Shown in pieces: positions 35,536-43,510 of a DNA stretch of 49,168 nt. Positions within the stretch are counted from its first letter, which is position 1, and the number at the start of each line of letters is the position of its first letter. The notes under the pieces were generated by a model. It was not told the DNA's origin. It was given only the letters and a program-made list of their open reading frames with translations, and did no database searches. This DNA is from an uncultured Ruminococcus sp. (GTDB lineage Bacteria > Bacillota > Clostridia > Oscillospirales > CAG-272): contig CADBRS010000182.1 of NCBI GenBank assembly GCA_902797125.1, positions 1 to 49,168 of the forward strand, given 5' to 3'. Made by a program: the position numbers and the translations under genes.

Positions 35536-35617
35536 TTTTGAATCCTTTCCGGAATGGTTTAACAATCTCAAACTGAACGCGTTCACCCGAGTGTTTCGCG
35601 TGCGCGCCCAAATATTC

Positions 35618-35652
35618 ATTATATTATACTACTCTAAAGCCAACAATTTCAA
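35618..35652 (-). promoter_or_regulatory. sigma-A type promoter for the seven-gene ABC-2/GldG operon
   Basis: On the minus strand, TTGAAA (35652-35647), an 18-nt spacer, then TATAAT (35628-35623). A second overlapping TATAAT lies at 35623-35618. Confidence 0.6.
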
Positions 35653-35723
35653 GATACCTTTCCACATATCCTCGGAAAATGGTATAATAAGCACATCATC
35701 ATTCACCTGATTTTGGAGTTGTC

Positions 35724-36920
35724 ATGTTACACATTTACGAGCTTGTGGATCTTTTAAATAAACAGAACTGCAAGCCTTACTATGTAGGCGGATGCGTTCG
35801 CGACAAATATCTGGGTCGAAAGCCTTCCGACTACGACCTGACAGTTGAAGCCCTGCCGGAAAAAATCTGTGAGGTGCTGAATGCTGCCGGGCTGACGCCG
35901 GATACCGACGGGATCGCCTTTGGAACGGTGACGGTCGGAACGGCAGAGGGACTGATCGAGATCACCACGCATCGCAAAGACGGCGCTTATAAAGACTCCA
36001 GAAAACCTGAGACTGTCACATTTACCTCAGACTTATCCCAAGATCTGGCCCGCAGGGATTTCACGATCAACGCGATGGCTATGACTCCTGACGGATCGCT
36101 GATCGATCCCTTCAACGGTTTATCCGACTTGAAGAAATCTTTGCTCAGATGTGTCGGGGATGCCGCCGTGCGCTTTGAGGAAGATGCTCTCCGTATGCTC
36201 CGTGCCGCCCGTTTTGTGTCCAAACTCGATTTGGAACCGGATCCTGATCTGCTGGCGGGAATGAAGCAACGCGCAGCAGGCGTTGCCGCATTGTCAGATG
36301 CCCGCGTCGGCTCGGAACTGACCGGGATGTGGCTGTCAGATCATCCGGAAAAAGGATATCGCCTGCTCGTGGAAACGGGTCTCTGGCCGGTTTTGTTCCC
36401 CGGCTTGAACATTGATTCTGATATGGATGCATTGGCGTCTATGCCCCGTTCATTGGTACCCAGACTGTCCTTTGTCCTTTGGGGTCAGTCGACCAACCCT
36501 GTTTATCAATTTTTGAGACGAATGGCGCTTCCCAAAAATCTGTTTGATGACGTTCTGCTTGTCACAACTGCCGAAAAAATCGAATTATACCCTGATCCCA
36601 AAGCCCTGAGGCGTCAAATCAGAACGTATGGAGATTTACTCTTGGATGTGGTTGCTGTCCGTTCCGCCCGAGGCGAGGATATGGACTCGGTCAAAACGAT
36701 CGTTCAGCATGAACTGGACATCAAATCCTGTGTCACGATTGCAGGCTTGCAAGTTTCCGGCGATGATCTGATGGAATTAGGCTTTCCCGCAGGCAGGGGC
36801 ATCGGCATCACATTGTCCTACCTTCTGGACAGGGTCATGGATGACCCCGCTTTGAACCAGAAAGAAAAGCTTTTGTCGATCGCCTCGGAGTTTGGAAAAA
36901 CAGAAGGATATCTATTTTAG
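35724..36920 (+). CDS. cca: CCA-adding tRNA nucleotidyltransferase
   Basis: YYVGGCVRDKYLGRKPSDYDLTV (GGxVRD + DxD), RRDFTINAMA, ED.LR.LRA.RF. 398 aa. Confidence 0.8.
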   Translation: MLHIYELVDLLNKQNCKPYYVGGCVRDKYLGRKPSDYDLTVEALPEKICEVLNAAGLTPDTDGIAFGTVTVGTAEGLIEITTHRKDGAYKDSRKPETVTFTSDLSQDLARRDFTINAMAMTPDGSLIDPFNGLSDLKKSLLRCVGDAAVRFEEDALRMLRAARFVSKLDLEPDPDLLAGMKQRAAGVAALSDARVGSELTGMWLSDHPEKGYRLLVETGLWPVLFPGLNIDSDMDALASMPRSLVPRLSFVLWGQSTNPVYQFLRRMALPKNLFDDVLLVTTAEKIELYPDPKALRRQIRTYGDLLLDVVAVRSARGEDMDSVKTIVQHELDIKSCVTIAGLQVSGDDLMELGFPAGRGIGITLSYLLDRVMDDPALNQKEKLLSIASEFGKTEGYLF

Positions 36921-36933
36921 CAGGTGGCAGATC

Positions 36934-37551
36934 ATGATAAATAATATCATTTTTGATATCGGAAATGTACTGATTCATTTTGACTGGAAAGGGTTTTTGA
37001 GAAAGCAGAACGCAAGCCAGGAAGATATTCGAATCGTTGGAGAAAAAGCCGTTCACTCCCCTCTTTGGCGCACATTGGACGAAAACAAGGTTCCTTTTAA
37101 CGAGATCAAACAGGCCTTGAAAGACGCAGTGGGCCCGCAGCGTGAGCACTGGATCGAATTGATGCTCGACTACTATTCGGGGCTCTGTTCGACTCTTCCC
37201 TACACACTGCCCTGGCTGTCTTCGCTGAAAAGCCGCGGATACAAAATCTTTGTGCTTTCCAATTTCTCACAGAACGGTTTCCTGAAGGCCAAGCCCTATT
37301 TTCCTTTTTTGAAATATGCCGACGGATATTTGATTTCTTACGAAGTCAAACTGATGAAACCGGATAAGGCCATATATCTTGCACTTTGTCAGAAATACGG
37401 CCTTGATCCTGCCGAATGCGTGATGATCGATGATTTGGAGGAGAATGTTTCCGGGGCTCGACAGGCCGGCATGAAAGGACTTGTTTTCAAATCGTTCAAA
37501 ACTCCAGAAAAATATCAGCGCGAGCTGGACCAGCTTCTCTCCGAAGGATAA
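36934..37551 (+). CDS. HAD-IA family phosphatase (YihX-like)
   Basis: Motif I variant IIFDIGNVLI (compare E. coli YihX FDLGNVIV), motif II LSNFS, motif IV IDDLEENV. Start taken at MINNIIF rather than the longest ORF, which would overlap cca. Confidence 0.7.
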   Translation: MINNIIFDIGNVLIHFDWKGFLRKQNASQEDIRIVGEKAVHSPLWRTLDENKVPFNEIKQALKDAVGPQREHWIELMLDYYSGLCSTLPYTLPWLSSLKSRGYKIFVLSNFSQNGFLKAKPYFPFLKYADGYLISYEVKLMKPDKAIYLALCQKYGLDPAECVMIDDLEENVSGARQAGMKGLVFKSFKTPEKYQRELDQLLSEG

Positions 37552-37583
37552 AAAAACAGGGCCACCGCTATTGCAGTAACCCT
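37550..37583 (-). terminator. intrinsic terminator after the tRNA pair
   Basis: Minus-strand hairpin AGGGTTAC-N10-GTGGCCCT (two G-U pairs) followed by GTTTTTTT. Confidence 0.55.
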
Positions 37584-37589
37584 ATTAGA

Positions 37590-37671
37590 TGGGGGATGGT
37601 GGATTCGGACCACCGAAGTCAGTGACAACAGATTTACAGTCTGCCCCCTTTGGCCGCTCGGGAAATCCCCC
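37590..37671 (-). tRNA. tRNA-Tyr (GTA)
   Basis: Manual cloverleaf: acceptor GGGGGAT/ATCCCCC, anticodon arm GCAGA-CTGTAAA-TCTGT, long variable arm, T arm GGTGG-TCCGAAT-CCACC. No encoded CCA. Confidence 0.85.
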
Positions 37672-37677
37672 ACGATA

Positions 37678-37749
37678 AGCTGGTGATCGGAGTCGAACCA
37701 ACAACCTGCTGATTACAAATCAGCTGCTCTGCCATTGAGCCACACCAGC
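37678..37749 (-). tRNA. tRNA-Thr (TGT)
   Basis: Manual cloverleaf: acceptor GCTGGTG/CACCAGC, D arm GCTC-AATGGCA-GAGC, anticodon arm GCTGA-TTTGTAA-TCAGC, T loop TTCGACT. No encoded CCA. Confidence 0.9.
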
Positions 37750-37769
37750 GTTTTTGGCTAACACGCGGG

Positions 37770-37798
37770 ATTTTATCACAAAAGCGTGTGGTTGTCAA
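37770..37798 (-). promoter_or_regulatory. sigma-A type promoter for the tRNA-Thr/tRNA-Tyr unit
   Basis: On the minus strand, TTGACA (37798-37793), a 17-nt spacer, then an extended -10 TGATAAAAT (TAAAAT at 37775-37770), about 20 nt before tRNA-Thr. Confidence 0.75.
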
Positions 37799-37819
37799 GT
37801 CTTTTTTGAATCTTTTTAA

Positions 37820-37845
37820 GCCCGGCTGGTCCAGCCGGGCTTTTT
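37820..37845. terminator. stem-loop terminator downstream of greA
   Basis: GCCCGGCT-GGTCC-AGCCGGGC, with TTTTT on the plus side but only UU then A-rich sequence on the minus side. It probably ends the greA transcript, though the U-tract on that strand is weak. Confidence 0.5.
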
Positions 37846-37863
37846 CGGTTGTCCGATCATTTT

Positions 37864-38382
37864 TTAATACGAAGAAATCGGAAGATTCTCATCATCCTTT
37901 CCCTTCTTGATGATGACAATCTTGATCGGGTAGGCAGTTGTATCGTTTACGTGAACCATGACTGTTTCCCCCTCGTATTTCCCGAGAAGCGCTTTTCCAA
38001 CGGGCGATTCTTTGGAAATGCAATCATTGAAAACATCATTGCGTAACGTCGTAACGATCCGAATTTCTCTTGTCTCCCATTCGGACTCCGGAACTCCTTT
38101 TTCGGGATACTGGATCGTAATGAAATCGAACAGTCCGACCACACCCTCAACGGATTTCGTGTCAATGACCTTGGCTGTTTTGATCATATTTTCCAAGTAC
38201 CTGATACGGCTCCTGACCGCGTTGATTTCGCGCTTTGCCTGTCTGTACTCGTCATTTTCAGACAGATCTCCGAAGCCTTTTGCCGTCTTGACGTCATCTC
38301 TGAGTTTGGGCAGTTTGTTCCTGCATTCTTCAAGTTCCGCCTTCATTTTTTGAATGTCTACTTTTGTCAGTTCGTCATGCAT
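37864..38382 (-). CDS. greA: transcription elongation factor GreA
   Basis: N-terminal coiled coil with GDLSENDEYRQAKRE, and a C-terminal FKBP-like domain (ISKESPVGKALLGKYEGETV). Confidence 0.9.
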   Translation of the reverse strand: MHDELTKVDIQKMKAELEECRNKLPKLRDDVKTAKGFGDLSENDEYRQAKREINAVRSRIRYLENMIKTAKVIDTKSVEGVVGLFDFITIQYPEKGVPESEWETREIRIVTTLRNDVFNDCISKESPVGKALLGKYEGETVMVHVNDTTAYPIKIVIIKKGKDDENLPISSY

Positions 38383-38406
38383 ATCGCGTCTGTTCTCCTT
38401 AAAATG

Positions 38407-40236
38407 TCACTCCTGAAATTGTGAATAATACAATACTCTGTAAAAACTGGGTCTCGCCATCAATTCCTGATGAGTCCCGCTCTCCACGACATTGCCGTGG
38501 CGAACGACAAGAATCTTGTCCGCATGCTGGATGGTGGACAGCCGGTGGGCAATGATAAAACAGGTTTTTTCCGCCATCAGATTATCCATAGCTTCCCGCA
38601 CTGCGATCTCCGTACGGCTGTCGACGTTCGATGTCGCTTCATCAAGGATCAACAGCGGTGCCGTTGAAAGCATGGCCCGAGCAAACGTCAGCATTTGCTT
38701 CTGCCCTTTTGAAATGTTGATACCGTCATCAGAAAGTTCCGTCTCGTATCCGTTAGGCAGGGACTCAATGAAATTGTCGATCCTTGCCGCCTTGGCTGCG
38801 GCGCGGATCTCCTCGTCTGAAGCGTCCGGACGTCCGTATAAAATGTTATCCCGGACAGAACCGCAAAACAGCCACGTGTCCTGCAAAACCATGTTGTAGG
38901 CCAGTCTCATGCTCCGGCGAGTCAGCTGTTTGATCGGATATCCATCCATCCGGATTTCACCGCTGTCCACATCGTAAAAGCGCATCAACAGATTTATGAT
39001 CGTCGTCTTTCCCGCTCCGGTCGGCCCGACGATAGCGATCGTCTGCCCCGGTTCAACATGCAGATTCAGATCATGGATGATCGTTCTGTCGGGCAAATAT
39101 CCGAATGAAACGTTTTCAATATCGACAGCTCCGCGCGGCTCGGTCAGTTCCGAAGCATCCGGTGCGTCTTCCGGCTCGGTGATTTCATCCAGAATCCGGT
39201 ATACACGGTCTGCCGCCGCCATGGCGGATTGGATCTCGTTCGTAATATTGGCAAATTCGTTGATCGGTCCGGCAAACTTTCTGGAGTACTGAACGAATGA
39301 CGCGACGTCTCCCAGCCCGATCGTCAGAAGCGCCGGCCAGCCCGCGACAGCCAGTGTCCCCATGTAAAACGCGCTGCCCAGAATCGTGACGAGCGCGAGG
39401 GACAGATTGTTGATGAAATTGACCGTTGGTCCAATGATAACCGCTTTATAGTCGGCTTTGTAGTAAGCCTGAACTGCTTCCTCATTCCGTATGTCAAAAC
39501 GGCTGAGGATCTGTTCTTCTCGATGATATGTCTTGATGGTTTTTTGCCCTGACAGCATCTCTTCGGCATATCCGTTCAGTTCACCGAGTTTGGCGGATCT
39601 TTTGCTGAACAGCGGCCGGATCTTACGGGTCCTGTACCGGGTCGAAATCAGCGAGATCGGAACAGTAATCAGGAAAACACTCACCAAAACCGGCGAAATA
39701 ATGATCATCATGATAAAGGAACCGATCACGGTGACTGAACTGGCGCAAACCTGAAGCAGATCGTTCGAGAGTGAAGCGTTAATGGTGTCGATGTCGTAAG
39801 AAATATGGCTGACAATATCACCCGTCAAATGCTTGTCGAAGAATGAAACGGGCAGTTGCATCAGCTTCGCAAATACGTCTCTACGCATTGCATAGGTGAT
39901 CTTTTGACTGATCCGGATCATCAGCCGGGAAACGATCAGATTCAAAACACCCGCAATCAGGTAGAACAGGGCCATCAGCACACAAAAGTAAATCACTTTG
40001 TCCATGTCCGGGCCTTCTGCGAGCGCATCGATCGCATTTCCGGAAAGTTTCGGACCGATCAAAGCCAGGACATTCGCGGTCAACATCAGCACCAGGATTC
40101 CTGCGAGCTGGAACTTAAAAGGCCACAAATAAGTCTTTAGGGTCCGCTTCAATACAGCCTGTCGGGCCTGCTTGGATAATTTCGGGGCGTTTCCTTTGCC
40201 TTGACGCCGTCCGCCGATTTGAGAAGGATTATTCAT
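38407..40236 (-). CDS. ABC exporter subunit (TMD-NBD), consensus-site partner of a heterodimer
   Basis: Six-TM exporter domain plus an NBD. Walker A GPTGAGKTT, Walker B LLILDEATS, H-loop IAHRLS, with a variant signature ISKGQKQ. Start taken at MNNPSQ with a GGAGGTGA RBS, overlapping the upstream gene by 8 nt. Confidence 0.85.
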   Translation of the reverse strand: MNNPSQIGGRRQGKGNAPKLSKQARQAVLKRTLKTYLWPFKFQLAGILVLMLTANVLALIGPKLSGNAIDALAEGPDMDKVIYFCVLMALFYLIAGVLNLIVSRLMIRISQKITYAMRRDVFAKLMQLPVSFFDKHLTGDIVSHISYDIDTINASLSNDLLQVCASSVTVIGSFIMMIIISPVLVSVFLITVPISLISTRYRTRKIRPLFSKRSAKLGELNGYAEEMLSGQKTIKTYHREEQILSRFDIRNEEAVQAYYKADYKAVIIGPTVNFINNLSLALVTILGSAFYMGTLAVAGWPALLTIGLGDVASFVQYSRKFAGPINEFANITNEIQSAMAAADRVYRILDEITEPEDAPDASELTEPRGAVDIENVSFGYLPDRTIIHDLNLHVEPGQTIAIVGPTGAGKTTIINLLMRFYDVDSGEIRMDGYPIKQLTRRSMRLAYNMVLQDTWLFCGSVRDNILYGRPDASDEEIRAAAKAARIDNFIESLPNGYETELSDDGINISKGQKQMLTFARAMLSTAPLLILDEATSNVDSRTEIAVREAMDNLMAEKTCFIIAHRLSTIQHADKILVVRHGNVVESGTHQELMARPSFYRVLYYSQFQE

Positions 40237-41977
40237 GCAGCTCACCTCCTTCTCCGTCACCCATCTGGGATTCGGCAATTTCCCGGTAAACGCTGCATGT
40301 ATTCAAAAGATCCTTATGCTTTCCTGCTCCGATCACTTCCCCGTTTTCCATGACCAGGATCAGATTGGCGTCTTTGATCGCGCTGATCCGCTGCGCCACG
40401 ATGACCGTCGTCGGATGATTGTCCATACTGCGGATGGCGGTCCTCATCTGAGCTTCCGTCTGATAATCCAATGCGCTTGAACTGTCGTCGAGGATCAGGA
40501 TCTCCGGGCGTCCGGCAAGTGCCCGGGCCACCAGTATGCGCTGCTTCTGCCCGCCGCTCACGTTTTGCCCCTTGATCGCCAGCAGATGCTCATATCCTTC
40601 CGGGAAGGCCCTGATGAACTCATCGGCCTGGGCTATGGTTGCTGCGGACTGTACCGCTTCATCCGTCATATCCCTTCCGAATTTGATATTTTCGCTGACC
40701 GTATCGGCAAACAGAAAATCATTCTGCATGGCCGCGCCGAATCTGGAATGGACCGTCTCGGAATCCAGATTGCGGAGGTCCTTCCCATCCAAATAAATGG
40801 CTCCTTTGTCCGGGTCATAGAATCTCATAAGAAGATTGACAACGGTCGTTTTGCCCGAGCCGGTCGAACCGATGATACCCAAAGTTTCTCCGTGATACAA
40901 ATCAAAAGACAGATCTGCTACCTGAGGTTTGGCGCCAAGATATGAAAAGGAAACATTTTCGAACCGGATGTGCGGCATCTCGCCTGTTGCGGAAACGAAG
41001 TCGGGATACGCGCCTTCCGGGGCTGTCGGACAATCTTCATCTGCCTGGATCACTTCCTGAATTCTGTTCATGGAAGCCGCGGCCTTGGTCGAGTTGACAA
41101 ACACTCGCGTAATGGCAATCATGGCATTTGAGATCATCATGAAAAACTGCATAAATGCGATGATGGTCGGCGGTGAAGACAGGTCCATCGAGGTCCGGAC
41201 CGCTCCGAACAGAATGACCAGCACCATCCCCAGATTTACGAAAAAAGTGATGACCGGGTTAGATGTCGCCATGATCAAAGATGCTCTCATCTCATCTCTG
41301 ACCAAAGTTCTGTTTGCCCTGTCATACCGTTCATTTTCATGCTCTGTTCTGGAAAGAGCCTTGATAACCCGGATGCCTTGACAGTCTTCTCTTGCAACCC
41401 GGACCATCCCGTCCACCGATCTCTGAGCTTTCAAATATGCACGAACCCCTCGGGTAGTAACGAAATAGACCGTGATAAAAATCAGAGGCATCACGCTCAG
41501 CAGGATCAGCGTCAGAACCGGGTCAAGAATAAATGTGAACAGCAATCCCCCGACCAGTAAAATCGGACACCTGATGCCGATTCGCAACGTCATACCCATG
41601 AATTGATGGACATTGTACGTGTCTGTCGTCAGTCTGGATTCCAGCGACGGAATGGAAAAGCGATCCACATCCCGACAGGACAGGAGCATGGTTTTGGCAA
41701 ACAGGTCGTGCCTGACGCTCCTTGCCCCGTCGCGCGCAACACGAGACGCCAGCCGGTTCCCAACGATGTTGAAAACCAGTGCCGCCGCCGCAAAAAGGAT
41801 CATCAGCGATCCCCAATATATGATCTGTTTCAGATCGTTTTGCGGAGCGACAACTTTGAGCATGTGCTGCAAAACAAAAGGAATGGCCAGTTCAACCAAC
41901 GTCCCTATGATCTTGAAAAACAGACACCAGGCCACAACGGGTGCGTATGGCCTCATGTAGCGAAAGATATGGCGCAT
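40229..41977 (-). CDS. ABC exporter subunit (TMD-NBD), degenerate-site partner of a heterodimer
   Basis: Walker A GSTGSGKTT and signature VSGGQKQR are canonical. Walker B is ILILDDSSS (catalytic Glu to Asp) and the H-loop is VAQRIS (His to Gln). This asymmetry is the known pattern of heterodimeric exporters such as TM287/288 or BmrCD. Confidence 0.85.
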   Translation of the reverse strand: MRHIFRYMRPYAPVVAWCLFFKIIGTLVELAIPFVLQHMLKVVAPQNDLKQIIYWGSLMILFAAAALVFNIVGNRLASRVARDGARSVRHDLFAKTMLLSCRDVDRFSIPSLESRLTTDTYNVHQFMGMTLRIGIRCPILLVGGLLFTFILDPVLTLILLSVMPLIFITVYFVTTRGVRAYLKAQRSVDGMVRVAREDCQGIRVIKALSRTEHENERYDRANRTLVRDEMRASLIMATSNPVITFFVNLGMVLVILFGAVRTSMDLSSPPTIIAFMQFFMMISNAMIAITRVFVNSTKAAASMNRIQEVIQADEDCPTAPEGAYPDFVSATGEMPHIRFENVSFSYLGAKPQVADLSFDLYHGETLGIIGSTGSGKTTVVNLLMRFYDPDKGAIYLDGKDLRNLDSETVHSRFGAAMQNDFLFADTVSENIKFGRDMTDEAVQSAATIAQADEFIRAFPEGYEHLLAIKGQNVSGGQKQRILVARALAGRPEILILDDSSSALDYQTEAQMRTAIRSMDNHPTTVIVAQRISAIKDANLILVMENGEVIGAGKHKDLLNTCSVYREIAESQMGDGEGGELHE

Positions 41978-41983
41978 GATTAA

Positions 41984-42316
41984 CTATTTCCTATAGTAAA
42001 CGTAGTGCACAATAATACTTCTCACCCGCCCTCCGTGCTCAAGGTCAGGTGCCGTAATGCTCACGCCGTTGCCCGACATGAGTTCCCATGCATCCATATC
42101 CACGATCTTGCATCTTAAAACTGTCTCTCCGGAAGCATTTACGATCACTTCATCATCTTTTAATGAAATGCAGCCGCCTTTCCCGACGACCTTTTCATTA
42201 TAAGACTCTCCCTCAGTTTCTCTTTCGGTCACATACTGAATGGGATATCCGGTTATTCTTTGTGCCATAGCCAGCCTGTATTTCGGGCTTTTGGTATCCT
42301 TTTTCCCAAACAGCAT
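41984..42316 (-). CDS. hypothetical protein (110 aa), first gene of the exporter operon
   Basis: GGAGGA RBS, and only 6 nt before the exporter gene. No motif recognised. Confidence 0.55.
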   Translation of the reverse strand: MLFGKKDTKSPKYRLAMAQRITGYPIQYVTERETEGESYNEKVVGKGGCISLKDDEVIVNASGETVLRCKIVDMDAWELMSGNGVSITAPDLEHGGRVRSIIVHYVYYRK

Positions 42317-42428
42317 CTGCGTGATCCTCCGAAACTCGGTTTCATTTGTATTTTACCACGTTTCGGCTGCCCGTTCATCCAAAAAAGGCAAAAAGATGTC
42401 TTTAGGGCGGTAAAATCAACATTTCCAA

Positions 42429-42476
42429 AAAAGTTCAGGAAAAGTTCACCTAAAAAGAGGGTAAATATAGTATAAT
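42429..42476 (+). promoter_or_regulatory. candidate activator-dependent promoter: two AAAAGTTCA direct repeats plus TATAAT
   Basis: AAAAGTTCA at 42429-42437 and 42440-42448 (11-bp period), ending where a -35 should be. TATAAT at 42471-42476. No acceptable -35 hexamer at a 16-18 nt spacing. Confidence 0.4.
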
Positions 42477-42514
42477 ATTATTTAACCGCTCTGCCGGACA
42501 GGAGGGATGACACC

Positions 42515-43504
42515 TTGATCGAAGTGAAGAATCTGACAAAACGATACGGCAATCATGTCGCCATTAACGATATCAGTTTCAAATTGGCCAATGGGAAGAT
42601 CTATGGGATTCTTGGCTCATATCATTCAGGAAAGACCACGCTTCTCAATATGATGACCGGTTGTTCTTCGCCATCTGAAGGAAATGTCAACATTAACGGC
42701 TTTGATATCTCGAAGGATCCGATCAGAACAAAAAAGATCATCGGTTTCCTGCCTGATCCCGTTCCCCTCTATCCAGAGATGACTGCATTTGAATTTCTGT
42801 CTTTCGTGGCTCGGGCAAAAGGCTTGGCTGTAGATCAGGCCTACCGACAGATTGCAGAAGTCATTGAGTTTGTACAGTTGGATGATTCTCGGAACAAAAT
42901 GATCATGAATCTGCCCCTTCAGATCAAAAAGCGTCTCGGTATCGCCCAGGCATTGCTCGGGAACCCCGAGATCGTGTTTATGGATGAGCCCACTTCGGGA
43001 CTTGCTCCGGAGGATGCCGGGGAAATGCGCGACTTGATCCGCAAAATCGGAGAATTCAAAACTGTCATCCTGACCAGCCCCGATCCATCTGAGATCGCCG
43101 GCTTGTGCGAACAAGTGCTCATCCTGAACGAGGGCAGTCTCATAGCCAATGACACGCTCGACCATTTGAAAAGTCAGACGGTACCCAAATTCATCATTAC
43201 ACTGTCCGTGAAGGGCGATAAGGAAACCGCGATCAGTATTCTGGACCAGATCGATGAGATCCAAGCTTTTTCGGATGATCCGTCCAAACCCGCCAGAAGA
43301 GGGGACTGCCATTTCCGGCTCGAACTCAAGGACGAATCCGACCCTCGGGAAAAAATTGTATCGAACCTGATTGCCGGCGGATGCTCTGTGGTTTCGATTT
43401 CCCTGTCTGACAGTTTTTTGGATGTTCTGTTTTGGGAATTGACTCAACCAAACGCAGAACCCGCCGCACAAGGCGGACCCGAACAGGAAGAAACGGAGGA
43501 ATAA
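42515..43504 (+). CDS. ABC-2 type NBD paralog with degenerate catalytic motifs (pseudo-ATPase candidate)
   Basis: TTG start with an AGGAGGG RBS. It aligns without gaps to the ATPase at 34378-35535 over about 210 aa. Walker A (GSYHSGKTT) and Walker B (VFMDEPT) are kept. The Q-loop Gln, signature Ser/Gly, D-loop Asp and H-loop His are all replaced. Confidence 0.8.
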   Translation: MIEVKNLTKRYGNHVAINDISFKLANGKIYGILGSYHSGKTTLLNMMTGCSSPSEGNVNINGFDISKDPIRTKKIIGFLPDPVPLYPEMTAFEFLSFVARAKGLAVDQAYRQIAEVIEFVQLDDSRNKMIMNLPLQIKKRLGIAQALLGNPEIVFMDEPTSGLAPEDAGEMRDLIRKIGEFKTVILTSPDPSEIAGLCEQVLILNEGSLIANDTLDHLKSQTVPKFIITLSVKGDKETAISILDQIDEIQAFSDDPSKPARRGDCHFRLELKDESDPREKIVSNLIAGGCSVVSISLSDSFLDVLFWELTQPNAEPAAQGGPEQEETEE

Positions 43505-43510
43505 CTGAGA

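Noticed and set aside
34366-35541. A 391-aa antisense ORF across the system-1 ABC ATPase gene. Similar cases occur at 12837-13502, 17483-18028 and 28570-29118.
   Set aside because: All are in-register antisense frames of well-supported genes, with the same TTA/CTA/TCA-avoidance explanation. None has an RBS or recognisable domains.
35575-35584. Perfect palindrome GAACGCGTTC in the leader of the seven-gene operon, considered as a LexA box.
   Set aside because: The spacing is GAAC-N2-GTTC rather than N4. It is a single 10-bp palindrome with no supporting context and is probably chance.
42626-43471. A 281-aa antisense ORF across the degenerate ABC NBD gene.
   Set aside because: It is an in-register antisense frame (both coordinates are 2 mod 3). 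The sense frame has clear ABC homology and a strong RBS; the antisense product has neither.
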